A stretch of 43,786 nucleotides of DNA from an uncultured Methanosarcinales archaeon (GCA_964505795.1 CAZDJS010000002.1:1-43786), one strand, 5' to 3'; positions 1-9,106 are shown, numbered from the stretch's first letter. The notes: generated by a model from the letters alone, not told the origin. Numbers and translations are program-made.

Positions 1-1
1 A

Positions 2-409
2 ATTGCGAATGGCTCTGAAGAACTGCGAACTCTGCCTGTAAAAATGAAAAAAATTCTTGAAGAAGAACAAGACAAAAAAGTCGATTTTGTTCTTGGAAAA
101 GGAATGTATTACCCTATAGCGATGGAAATTGCTCTTAAAATAAAAGAAGTTGCTTATATTCACTGCGAAGCTTTAATGACTGCCGAGCTTAAACATGGAA
201 GTCTTGCGCTCGTTGATGAAAACACCTCTGTTGTTTGTTTGGGAACGTGTTCAAAAGAAGCAGAGTCGAGGGGCGCAAAAGTAGTCGTCTATGATGAGCA
301 CCCTCTACTCTGTCTTTTGAGAGGGCAACTAATAAGCTACCATCTCGCTCATGAAAAAGGTTTAGCAATTGATAAACCAAGAAACCTCGCAAAAAGCGTG
401 ACTGTTTAA
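2..409 (+). CDS. glmS: Glutamine--fructose-6-phosphate aminotransferase, C-terminal SIS/isomerase domain (5' end outside window)
   Basis: The frame is open from the window edge, with no stop before the Met at 44. The C-terminus ...IDKPRNLAKSVTV matches the hallmark GlmS C-terminal motif (D-x-PRNLAKSVTVE). Confidence 0.8.
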   Translation: MANGSEELRTLPVKMKKILEEEQDKKVDFVLGKGMYYPIAMEIALKIKEVAYIHCEALMTAELKHGSLALVDENTSVVCLGTCSKEAESRGAKVVVYDEHPLLCLLRGQLISYHLAHEKGLAIDKPRNLAKSVTV

Positions 410-440
410 TGAGTGTGGGATATTTTCTACATAACAACAT

Positions 441-896
441 CTAACAAAATTCTATTGTAAAACGTAATTGTCCTGCGTTTGTTTGTAGTAGTTGACTCGG
501 AGCAGCAAATCTGTTTGGACCTTCGCAAGTTCCTGGGTCATAAGAAAAACCATCTATTTTTTGATTGTTAAGTTCAACGTAAGCAACAGCTGGTCTTTGC
601 AAACTTGCTTCGAGCATCTCTTCCCACACCTCTTGAGCAGCGTCACAAACACTTTCGAAGCCACAAGTCAAAAAACTTTGTGTAACGCAACGATCAAGTG
701 CGGTTGCGAGATCATAACCACAACTCGGAATTGTTGTTTCGAGCATCGCTGCTTCGAGTGACTTCCCATAATTATCTGCGTCTTGAATGTTTCTTGGTGT
801 CGTATCAGTTCCTGAGAATCCTAGAAAAATAGCGACCGCAAGTACCATGATAAAAACAATGAAGACCAATCCTATAATTTCCATTTGTGCCCTCAT
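441..896 (-). CDS. Type IV pilin-like protein with class III signal peptide (151 aa)
   Basis: The N-terminus is MRA|QMEIIGLVFIVFIMVLAVAIFLGF: a short basic n-region, [KR][GA]-Q, then about 20 hydrophobic residues. It has a 4-nt overlap with the upstream gene (893-896). Confidence 0.6.
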   Translation of the reverse strand: MRAQMEIIGLVFIVFIMVLAVAIFLGFSGTDTTPRNIQDADNYGKSLEAAMLETTIPSCGYDLATALDRCVTQSFLTCGFESVCDAAQEVWEEMLEASLQRPAVAYVELNNQKIDGFSYDPGTCEGPNRFAAPSQLLQTNAGQLRFTIEFC

Positions 897-1384
897 CCGC
901 GCACCTCCAATTCACCAAGCACATAAATATTTTCTCGAGGATCATAAATAACCACAGGAATAAATTGTGTCAAATAATTTTCTGAGTTCAGTCCGTCAAA
1001 AAGAACTGTTTCTGTGTTTGAATTTGGATAGAGTTCTCGAAGAATAATATCTCTATTTCCAAAAAGATCGGCATATTGAAGTCGTATCCTCTCATCATAA
1101 TTTGGATTGCTAATATTTGTTAACCATTCTCCAAGTATTTCTGCTTTAAGCAAATCAATGCAAACGCTGTTTTCTCTTCCTGCTTGCGAGCAAGAAAGCT
1201 CTTCTATATTACTCAATCGAACTCCAAGTGCAAGTATTTCTTGTGAGATTTCTTGACGCGTATTTTGTTCATTGCTCTCTTCACTTCCCACTACAAAAAT
1301 GAAAAGTCCAAGAAGTACTAATAATATAAGAACTATTGCTACAATTATTGTTTCTAATGCCTGGAGTTGTGCTCGTTTCATCAT
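893..1384 (-). CDS. Type IV pilin-like protein with class III signal peptide (163 aa)
   Basis: The N-terminus is MMKRA|QLQALETIIVAIVLILLVLLGLFIFVV, and the rest is a soluble domain. Confidence 0.6.
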   Translation of the reverse strand: MMKRAQLQALETIIVAIVLILLVLLGLFIFVVGSEESNEQNTRQEISQEILALGVRLSNIEELSCSQAGRENSVCIDLLKAEILGEWLTNISNPNYDERIRLQYADLFGNRDIILRELYPNSNTETVLFDGLNSENYLTQFIPVVIYDPRENIYVLGELEVRG

Positions 1385-1419
1385 TGTACCTACTTAATAA
1401 TTGACGACATCACTTAGTT

Positions 1420-1545
1420 ATAATATGTTGCCTTGGAGTAAAGACAGAAATCACACCGATTCATGCAGGTGTGATTTCGTAATCTCTGCGAGGGACTCGC
1501 AGTAAATCTCCGCAACATATTATTTGATTCTTTTGTCGCCAACTC
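1420..1545 (+). repeat. Structured repeat element, copy A (MITE-like or small RNA)
   Basis: It has 12-bp perfect terminal inverted repeats, ataatatgttgc (1420-1431) and gcaacatattat (1512-1523). Internal hairpins are gaaatcacacc/ggtgtgatttc and ctgcgag/ctcgcag. It shares conserved blocks with copies at 11184-11290 and 16027-16140. Confidence 0.7.
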
Positions 1546-2434
1546 ATATTGTTGGGCAACTGTTTGCCAAGAGTATGCTGTTTGCCCTGTTGAGTCTTTG
1601 AGTAATTGAATTAATTTCATTTATTTGAGTAAGACTTGTTGTTTCTAATTCTGTAAGTGCGTTTCGAGCATCATTGTATGCGCGCTCACAATTCTCATTT
1701 TGAGTTCCTAATAATTGATTTATTCGTTCTTTGTTAAAATTTGCAAGAAAGTGCATTTTTTGTTCTGCAACACCAAGTCCGCATTCGTAACGCTCTTTTG
1801 TTGTGCTCACAATTGCGGCGAGTAAGAGTTCTTTATTCACGTAAGTGCTTTCATCATCTGAATAAATTATTCTTCCTTGCTCTGCATTATCAGGGATTTT
1901 GATTACTATTCTCCCACCTATTTGTGATGGATCAGGCTCTTGGTCTGTGACAAAAATTGCATCTTGCGGACTGTCAGATATGTCATTAACTGTTTCACCA
2001 CCAATGAATTCTCGTACATTAACATCTACTGTGTTTTGCACATATAATGGCTTATTATTTGGCATCATATAGGTTATTGCTGTTATTGGCATGCCGATGT
2101 AGAGTTCTTCTGAACGTATTGTTGTAAGACCATCGAGTAAAGGCGGCGAGAAGAGCATGTGCTCAGGAATATTTCGTATTTGTCCTGACAATTGAACAGC
2201 ATAAGAGTTTTCACATGTTGTTTGTAAATTTGAAAAGCTTGTTCTCACAATGCTCCCAAGAGATCCTTTTGCGTTTTCTATTGTTCGCATCACTTGTTGA
2301 AAAGATTGCGTTTCTTGTCGTTCTTCTCCAGTGTCTGTAAGGTTTCTTGCTATTGCAATGAATAATAGTAAAAAGAACGTTCCTGCAACTGCTACAAGTA
2401 TCCAATTGAATGAAAATTGTATTTGTCCTCTCAT
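1544..2434 (-). CDS. Type IV pilin-like protein with class III signal peptide (296 aa)
   Basis: The N-terminus is MRG|QIQFSFNWILVAVAGTFFLLLFIAI. It has a 4-nt overlap with the upstream gene (2431-2434). Confidence 0.6.
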   Translation of the reverse strand: MRGQIQFSFNWILVAVAGTFFLLLFIAIARNLTDTGEERQETQSFQQVMRTIENAKGSLGSIVRTSFSNLQTTCENSYAVQLSGQIRNIPEHMLFSPPLLDGLTTIRSEELYIGMPITAITYMMPNNKPLYVQNTVDVNVREFIGGETVNDISDSPQDAIFVTDQEPDPSQIGGRIVIKIPDNAEQGRIIYSDDESTYVNKELLLAAIVSTTKERYECGLGVAEQKMHFLANFNKERINQLLGTQNENCERAYNDARNALTELETTSLTQINEINSITQRLNRANSILLANSCPTI

Positions 2435-2916
2435 GAGACCTTGACGCTAAATCCTGTTCCTTCAAAAAGAATTTTCGCCCCACCTCTGTTTTGTTTGCAA
2501 ACAATATTATTTGTTGTTATTTTTTCAAAGTTTCCTAATGGTTCTAAAATGCCGTCTTGAACAAGAAAGATGTTGTTTTTTGTTTCTGAGTCAAGCTCTG
2601 CTACTTGTTGTAACAGTACTTTTGTGTTTTCAGCGACTGAAAGACTAGATGTTATATAACCACCATTCGGCTCTTCTCCTATAAAACATATTGCTTGTGC
2701 TCCACATGGAATATTGAGTGTTTCTTCTTGGCGAACTCCTCTTGTGTCATAGGTTTCTTGTATTTCACTTAAAGCTCGTATGAATTGTGATTTCTCTGCC
2801 TCACATGAAGTATCAGAAAGATTTGTGATTAACTTCACACTGAGAAGAACAGTGGCTATAATAACTATTGAAACAAGGATAAATCCGAATACGTGTTGTA
2901 TTTGGGCACGAATCAT
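2431..2916 (-). CDS. Type IV pilin-like protein with class III signal peptide (161 aa)
   Basis: The N-terminus is MIRA|QIQHVFGFILVSIVIIATVLLSV. It has a 4-nt overlap with the giant gene upstream (2913-2916). Confidence 0.6.
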   Translation of the reverse strand: MIRAQIQHVFGFILVSIVIIATVLLSVKLITNLSDTSCEAEKSQFIRALSEIQETYDTRGVRQEETLNIPCGAQAICFIGEEPNGGYITSSLSVAENTKVLLQQVAELDSETKNNIFLVQDGILEPLGNFEKITTNNIVCKQNRGGAKILFEGTGFSVKVS

Positions 2917-5900
2917 TTTCCACCTTTCGTTTCATCAACAAACTCGTCTAATTCTGAAAAAGCATCTTTTTTCTTTTTTGCTTGTTCAGAGCTTTCTTTT
3001 GTAATAGTTTTAGACTCAGCATTATTTTGTTTAGACTCATTTTCTTGATTATTTTCTACTTGATCACTGTCTTCCTTATCTTGTTTTTGTGTTCCGTCAT
3101 CAAACGAGGACATGATCTTTGCTCTTTTTGCTTCTCGCTCTTGTTCTCGTTGTCTATAATTTTCAAGTTTCTCTTGCTCAAGTCGCTGTTGCTCTTGTAT
3201 TTGTTCTTGAGTTAATTGAGGAGGTCGTTGAGGAAAATCTTGTCTTTGTACATTCTGCTCTTGCCTTGAACGAATATCATAGGCAGTGTAAAGATAATAT
3301 CCTGAGCCCCCCATCAATACCACTCCGAGAATCATGAGAATGAGTGCAAGCCAAGAAAATCCTTCTTCAATTTCTGTAGGTGGATTATTTTGATTTCTTT
3401 CTTCACGATTAAAGCCACCATCTGAATCACTACCTGAACCACCATCTGAACCGCCACCTGAACCCTCATTACCTGGTCCTCCGAGCACGGTATTACACGT
3501 CGAAGTATCATAAGTACAATCAGCATTGCAAGAACTTATTGTTCCTGAGAATTCTGGATTATAAAATTGACAAGAACTAAGAGGAAGGTCCGTTCCGTCG
3601 CATTCTTCTCCTGTTTCAACTATATTATTTCCACAAACTGAGGAAGTTGGAGGAACGCTAATTGGTGGCCCGCAAGTAGAAACATCTAACTTACAAATTG
3701 ATGTACAAGAAGAAGCTGAACCTTCTCTTCCATAGATAGAACAAGCTACTGCGAACTCAGAATCGTCACATTCTTCACCTTCATTAAGCTCGCCGTTACC
3801 ACAAAGTGTAGGATCTGCTACTGGAGGAAGCGAACAAGAAGAAAGAACAGGAGTACAAAATGGAGTACACTCATCAAAAGTTCCTGAAAGTCCGACCTCA
3901 GAACAAGAAGCAGAACCTAAGAGAACTCCATCACAAAACTCTCCATTATCAAGAACACCATTACCACAAAGAGCAGGATCTGGAAGATCAGAACAAGTTG
4001 ATAAATCAGGAGTACAATCATTATTACACGAAGTTGGCGTTCCTTCTAAGCCGAAAAATGAGCAGCTTGCTGCAAACTCATCACCATCGCATAACTCACC
4101 AGTCTCTGCAACTCCATTACCACAAACCGGGTTTGATTGCTCTATCGTACAAGTATCAGAACAACCATCCCCTGATATAAGATTTCCATCGTCACATGCT
4201 TCGTCTTCATGCTGTGTTCCATCGCCACATATTGCTCTGTTCGTACATTCAAGAGCTCCATTTTCGTAAACTGTTATTATCTTTGTTTCTGAGGTTCCTG
4301 TGTTTCCTGCAGCATCAATTGGAGTAAATTGAACTGAAACTGAATCATTATAGAGGGTTGAGTCAAGCTCATAACGATCTGCTGTTGTGTTTGTTGTGTT
4401 TGTATCGATTGTTATCTGAGTTGTTACTGGAGAATTGTCTGTGATGTTAAACTCTATTGTTGTTGTCGCGTCTTTACAAACAAAATCATTTGCAACAGGG
4501 TTAATAATCGGTGCTATTGTATCAACACTAAAAGATATTGTTTTGAAAGACTGTTCTGCCAAAGAATTAGTACAGCGAACAAGAATAGAGTGCGCCCCTT
4601 CATCAAGCGTTACTAAAAGACCTGCTGCATGAACCCCTTGGTCATCTGCTGTCATTGAATTGTATGCTCCTGCAATTCCTGAATCAGGATCTCGATATTC
4701 ACAAATGCTTGTTGCTGATGGTCTCACAATAACGTCTGGTTGTGGATTGTTCGTGTATTGTTGTGGTGAGAGAACTTCAATTTCAGTGTTTGAAAAATCT
4801 ATTGTGATAGGGAGTGCTTTTGATATTATTTGTCCTGCCTTATCTGTACAAACAACTCTATAATCTAAGACTTGTGCTTGCTGTGAAGTTATTTCACTCA
4901 AATCAAGTTCGTGCTCGTGATCTGTTGTGTAGGTGTTTGCATCACTAAGGTCTTCACCATCAAAGGTAACTGTCGTGTCTTTGAGTAATTGACAAACTGT
5001 TTCTGTGTTTGTTGTTGCTGTAATTGTTGTTTTTCTACTTGTAAAATCATTCACAGGATTAGGGTCTGCACGTAGTTCCGTAATTGATGGTCTCTGAGTG
5101 GTTATTCCGAAATCAAGCACTTGGGTATGGATTGTTTCATCGTCTTCAACACAACGAATATGAACTGAACGATCAGTATTCACATTTTTAAATAGTTCGT
5201 GAATAAACCCATCTGTGCTTTGGGCTTGTTGATGACCTTCGTTCGGGTCGATTCCTGGCAAATCAAGTCGGAAGCCGCAAATCGCTTCTCGTTTTGTTTG
5301 AATGGTTATATCAAATGGGTCTGTATCAAAACCAAGCGGTGGTTCATAATATTGTATAAATGGTCCGGGATTACAAGCATCACTGTTTAGCTCTTGAAGT
5401 GTTGTTGTTACTGGGTTTGCTTGTGCAATATTCCCTGCCCTGTCATGAACATCAACTTCCCAAGTTAGTTCTTGGCTTGTAAAACTTGGAGTGGTCACTT
5501 CAACGAATCCACTTGTTGAATAACCCTGTTCCAATACTGTTGAGCCGTCTTTGAGAGTCCAATTAAATCCATGGACTTGGTCATTATCTTCTGCCTCAAA
5601 AAATGCTGTGGCTGTGTTTCCACAAACCGCCTCAGAAGCATTAATAAGGATGTTATTTGGGGGGATTCTATCTGTCGTAAAATTATATTCTATCGTTGTC
5701 TCTTTATTTTGTTGAGTGCAAGTTATTGTTGTTGTATAATCTTGTGAGGGATTGGTCGATACTTGTCTTGAATGAATTGTTCCCTCTTGGTTCATGAATT
5801 CTCCATCAAGTTCACAATCAGCAAATATGTTTGTTTGTGCTCGTATAACCACAGGGTCTGCATTCGTTAAGGGCTCTGGTTCAATAATACTAATTTCAAT

Positions 5901-6950
5901 TATTGCGTCATAATCAATTGTAACGAGAATGTCTTCTTGTGTTGAGCGTCCTGCAAGATTCGTACATTGTATTGTGTATTCTTTCTCTTGTCTTTCTGTA
6001 CTCGTTATTATTTCATTAATTCCTTCATCTGAACTATAATCCAAAATTTCAAGATGTTCTTGTTTGTAAGTGTCAAAATCTCCTTGTATCACATCGTCAA
6101 GGAAAAATTCTTCACTACTGCCTCTTTTTCGTATCGTACAAATAGTATCTTGATTAGTTTCAACAAGTAAACTTAGTGTAGGATCTTGCTCATTAAATAC
6201 TGTTGGTGGTGTGAGAGTAACAACTATTGTTGGTCCTTCTTCAAGAACTCCGATTGAAAATTGTTCAGTAAGAAGACGAGGAACTACAGCCCTGCTGAGT
6301 TTGTATCTTTGACAAAGTACACTTAAAGTGCTGCTTGTCGTTTCTAATCCGCTAATTTTGTGTCTCGTGCCTAAATTTGGCGCGGTGTGTTGATTCGGAT
6401 CACCACTCGGAGTGCTTGCACTCATTCTTGTGAGTGAAACGTGATTAAAATCGTTTGGGGGGTTTTGTCCAAGAAAATATTTACATTCTGCATTAAAAGG
6501 AAGTATTTCATCATCATTTCCGTACACGAAAGTTAATATGTTTACACTATATGGTGTGCTTTGTGCAAAGCCAGATGCAGGTGAGAGCATCATTGCGTTG
6601 AGTCCTGTTACGCTAAACTCGACTGTGTCTGGAATACTATTTGTGAGCCCGAGCGTGCTTCTCGCAACAACTTCAAAAGAGTATCTTCCTTCACCAAGTT
6701 CACCAGCAGAAGGACGTATTTCATATTCATTAGCAAAACCATCGTCTGCTGAAGGGTCATAAGCAAGGCCTATTCCTGTATTGGTTTCGAGAAAAATAAG
6801 ATTTGTTTGTGCATCAAGAATTTGTACTGGCTCATTATATGTTACTTTAATGACAGGGTCGGGAAAATTAACTAAGCCAAGGTCGAAGTCCGCCGCTAAA
6901 ACAGGGGTTGTAAAGAAAAGAATCAGAAGAAAAAAAGAAAAAATCTTCAT
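2913..6950 (-). CDS. Giant type I membrane surface protein (1345 aa) with Ig-like modules, Cys-rich repeats, a TM anchor and a charged tail
   Basis: It begins with a Sec-type signal peptide, MKIFSFFLLILFFTTPVLA|A. About 7 modules of roughly 100 aa each carry a conserved Cys pair. Five tandem CGNG-x-E-x-GE-x-CD six-Cys repeats follow, then a G/S/D linker. The TM helix FSWLALILMILGVVLMGGSGYYLY lies at about nt 3283-3365. The tail is about 120 aa and Q/E/K-rich. Confidence 0.85.
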   Translation of the reverse strand: MKIFSFFLLILFFTTPVLAADFDLGLVNFPDPVIKVTYNEPVQILDAQTNLIFLETNTGIGLAYDPSADDGFANEYEIRPSAGELGEGRYSFEVVARSTLGLTNSIPDTVEFSVTGLNAMMLSPASGFAQSTPYSVNILTFVYGNDDEILPFNAECKYFLGQNPPNDFNHVSLTRMSASTPSGDPNQHTAPNLGTRHKISGLETTSSTLSVLCQRYKLSRAVVPRLLTEQFSIGVLEEGPTIVVTLTPPTVFNEQDPTLSLLVETNQDTICTIRKRGSSEEFFLDDVIQGDFDTYKQEHLEILDYSSDEGINEIITSTERQEKEYTIQCTNLAGRSTQEDILVTIDYDAIIEISIIEPEPLTNADPVVIRAQTNIFADCELDGEFMNQEGTIHSRQVSTNPSQDYTTTITCTQQNKETTIEYNFTTDRIPPNNILINASEAVCGNTATAFFEAEDNDQVHGFNWTLKDGSTVLEQGYSTSGFVEVTTPSFTSQELTWEVDVHDRAGNIAQANPVTTTLQELNSDACNPGPFIQYYEPPLGFDTDPFDITIQTKREAICGFRLDLPGIDPNEGHQQAQSTDGFIHELFKNVNTDRSVHIRCVEDDETIHTQVLDFGITTQRPSITELRADPNPVNDFTSRKTTITATTNTETVCQLLKDTTVTFDGEDLSDANTYTTDHEHELDLSEITSQQAQVLDYRVVCTDKAGQIISKALPITIDFSNTEIEVLSPQQYTNNPQPDVIVRPSATSICEYRDPDSGIAGAYNSMTADDQGVHAAGLLVTLDEGAHSILVRCTNSLAEQSFKTISFSVDTIAPIINPVANDFVCKDATTTIEFNITDNSPVTTQITIDTNTTNTTADRYELDSTLYNDSVSVQFTPIDAAGNTGTSETKIITVYENGALECTNRAICGDGTQHEDEACDDGNLISGDGCSDTCTIEQSNPVCGNGVAETGELCDGDEFAASCSFFGLEGTPTSCNNDCTPDLSTCSDLPDPALCGNGVLDNGEFCDGVLLGSASCSEVGLSGTFDECTPFCTPVLSSCSLPPVADPTLCGNGELNEGEECDDSEFAVACSIYGREGSASSCTSICKLDVSTCGPPISVPPTSSVCGNNIVETGEECDGTDLPLSSCQFYNPEFSGTISSCNADCTYDTSTCNTVLGGPGNEGSGGGSDGGSGSDSDGGFNREERNQNNPPTEIEEGFSWLALILMILGVVLMGGSGYYLYTAYDIRSRQEQNVQRQDFPQRPPQLTQEQIQEQQRLEQEKLENYRQREQEREAKRAKIMSSFDDGTQKQDKEDSDQVENNQENESKQNNAESKTITKESSEQAKKKKDAFSELDEFVDETKGGK
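3495..4235 (-). repeat. In-frame tandem Cys-rich repeat modules (1 short + 4 full, about 50-56 aa each) inside the giant gene
   Basis: The units start at approximately nt 4235, 4127, 3972, 3804 and 3639 on the minus strand. They read ICGDG..., VCGNGVAETGELCDG..., LCGNGVLDNGEFCDG..., LCGNGELNEGEECDD... and VCGNNIVETGEECDG.... Each has 6 Cys with similar spacing. Confidence 0.8.
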
Positions 6951-9106
6951 TATTCTCCCTCAAGTATTTCTGCCTGTGTAATTCTTGGAATGCCCATTTC
7001 AATAATAGGAACTTCTTGTGTTTGTACTTCTTCTAAGTTTTCACTCAAGTCTTGCGAATAATATCTAATTGAAATTATTGTTTGTTCTCCAATCTCCATG
7101 TCTGGGATAGTAGTTGTCGCTTCTGAGAGTGTTTTTGTTGGGTAGCATGTTCCTGTTTCATCTATGCAAAACCTTGTTGTGATATCTCCTGCCAAATAAT
7201 AATTATCGCTTGTAACATAACCAAGTCCTGCAACTTCGTGCGCACCGACAAGACCAGAAGGAATGATTAACTCTGTGCTCGGTGCTTGTGCGTCTTGAAG
7301 ACAACCTACTCCTTCTGATGCAAAGACACCGTTTTCTATACAATCATCTTCTGGGTCAGGGCCTGCACGCGCATCTGCATTCTTATAACACCTGTTACTT
7401 TGTTCATTCCAAGCGCACAAGCCAATTCCGAACTCATCATTACTTGCTCTTTGTACTTCGTGAGTTCCTCCTGTTCTTTCATTACCTGAGTAACTAGCAT
7501 CTACTTGAGCGTTTGAACCAGCAGCAATACAATCTTCTTGAGTGTCGTAGAATCGGCAAGCCATGTCATCTTTATGAACACAGCTACTTGGAAGAACATC
7601 TGCTTGCAATCCGTTTTGTTCTTCATCAAAATAACAATCATTACTTATTGCTGAACAAAGTGTTTGTGTGCATCCTCCAAATGTGTCTTCGCAGCTACTA
7701 CAGGCAGGGCTTTGTCCTTGGCAAATTCCTGTTCCTGTTTCTTCAAAAATATCTGTCCATGAACAATCATCAGGTACTTGGCAATTATTTTGTGAGCAGG
7801 CTCCTTGGCTTAGGTAGTCTTCGCAAGTGACTATGTTAGCACAGGAATTATAAGCATCATTTACTGTTAATGTAGTATCCTCATAACAAAAGTTTTGTAT
7901 TGCTGGCGAGTTGCAAGCACGCTCAACCCCTCCTTGCCAAATACTCATAACAAGGTTACTGAGCTTTCCAAAGAGTCCACTGCATCGATCACAAGGTGGT
8001 TGTTGAACACAGGCAACACCATTTCCAACAGTTGTGCAAGTCATTCCCTCTCCGCATTCTGTTTCTTCAAGAACATTATTTTCATCACAGCTAACTATTG
8101 CTGATGGGTTGTTCTGGCACCATTCAAGACCTTCTTCAGGATTAGTCATACACTCTTCATCTCCTGTTGTAATGCATGATTCATCTCGTTCTTCAAGCGC
8201 TGGGTAAAGTCCTGAAGGATATTTTGCGGCAACTTCATAACAATATTCTGTATTTGGTTGCAATCCTGAGTCGATGTATTCTTCATCCATTATTTCAGTA
8301 AATATAACGCTTGAACCAGGTTCTCCTTCAACCATTTCTGTTCTAATAACGTGATAATACTCTCTGTTTCCACAAGTATCATCTGAAGTAAATGCGAGCC
8401 TGACTTCGTCTGTTCCTCGAAGAATGTCTGCTGTGATTGTTGGATTTGTTGAGGGTTCACAAGCTTCTTGATTACAATTGAGTTCAATGTCTATTTGTTG
8501 GTTAGCGTCAACAATTATTGCTTCGCTATAAGGAAGGCAACCTTCATGCCCTGCAATAATAAATCCTTCGAGTTCAGGAATGTCTTGAATTTCATACTCC
8601 CCTTGTTCGTTCGTGCTATCTTGAAAGCTACTTCCTGTTGTTGGAATGTACACTGTCGCGAGTTCAAGTGCTGTTCCATTTTGGTCTGTGACTGTTCCTT
8701 CTACAGTATAAGTGTCTGATGGTGTTGTTCCTCCTGAAGATCCTGAACAGACTTCAACACAGCTTGAGCCCGAAGGGAGTATTTCCCAACCATATGAATC
8801 ACCTAGTGCACCACATTGTCCTGCATTCATTTGCATGCCTTCTTCGTTCAAATTCCAATCACCTGAATTAGGTGCGCTAGCTCCTGCACAACAACAACCA
8901 GTCTGACACTGAAAAACGCCACTGTCTTGCACTGCAGCACAGACGCTAGAATGTTCAACTTCAGAAGGATTACAAGTATCTCCTGAATCTTCGCGACACT
9001 CAAAAGTGTCTGAATCGATACAACACACCACTCCTAGAGCGTGTGTAGGAAGAAAGAATAAGAGAAAACAAAGACTAGATATTATTACGAATGTTTTTTT
9101 CACCAA
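6950..9106 (-). CDS. Secreted Cys-rich protein (718 aa) with carboxypeptidase-regulatory-like and FN3-like beta-sandwich segments
   Basis: The signal peptide is MVKKTFVIISSLCFLLFFLPTHALG. The segment YTVEGTVTDQNGTALELATVYIPTTG...NEQGEYEIQDIP is CarboxypepD_reg-like. There are many Cys and no TM anchor. The start is TTG/GTG, preceded by a GGTGG SD-like motif. Its stop overlaps the ATG of the giant gene (TAATG at 6948-6952). Confidence 0.8.
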   Translation of the reverse strand: MVKKTFVIISSLCFLLFFLPTHALGVVCCIDSDTFECREDSGDTCNPSEVEHSSVCAAVQDSGVFQCQTGCCCAGASAPNSGDWNLNEEGMQMNAGQCGALGDSYGWEILPSGSSCVEVCSGSSGGTTPSDTYTVEGTVTDQNGTALELATVYIPTTGSSFQDSTNEQGEYEIQDIPELEGFIIAGHEGCLPYSEAIIVDANQQIDIELNCNQEACEPSTNPTITADILRGTDEVRLAFTSDDTCGNREYYHVIRTEMVEGEPGSSVIFTEIMDEEYIDSGLQPNTEYCYEVAAKYPSGLYPALEERDESCITTGDEECMTNPEEGLEWCQNNPSAIVSCDENNVLEETECGEGMTCTTVGNGVACVQQPPCDRCSGLFGKLSNLVMSIWQGGVERACNSPAIQNFCYEDTTLTVNDAYNSCANIVTCEDYLSQGACSQNNCQVPDDCSWTDIFEETGTGICQGQSPACSSCEDTFGGCTQTLCSAISNDCYFDEEQNGLQADVLPSSCVHKDDMACRFYDTQEDCIAAGSNAQVDASYSGNERTGGTHEVQRASNDEFGIGLCAWNEQSNRCYKNADARAGPDPEDDCIENGVFASEGVGCLQDAQAPSTELIIPSGLVGAHEVAGLGYVTSDNYYLAGDITTRFCIDETGTCYPTKTLSEATTTIPDMEIGEQTIISIRYYSQDLSENLEEVQTQEVPIIEMGIPRITQAEILEGE

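Noticed and set aside
1414-1620. 68-aa minus-strand ORF spanning the gap between two pilin-like genes
   Set aside because: It runs straight through repeat copy A and overlaps the 3' end of the 296-aa gene. The translation shows no protein-like features. The region is better explained by the repeat element.
2982-4180. Several plus-strand ORFs (2982-3215, 3119-3337, 3860-4180) antisense to the giant gene
   Set aside because: Their translations are low-complexity mirror images of the Q/E/K-rich tail and the Cys-repeat region. They lie entirely within a strongly supported 1345-aa CDS on the other strand.
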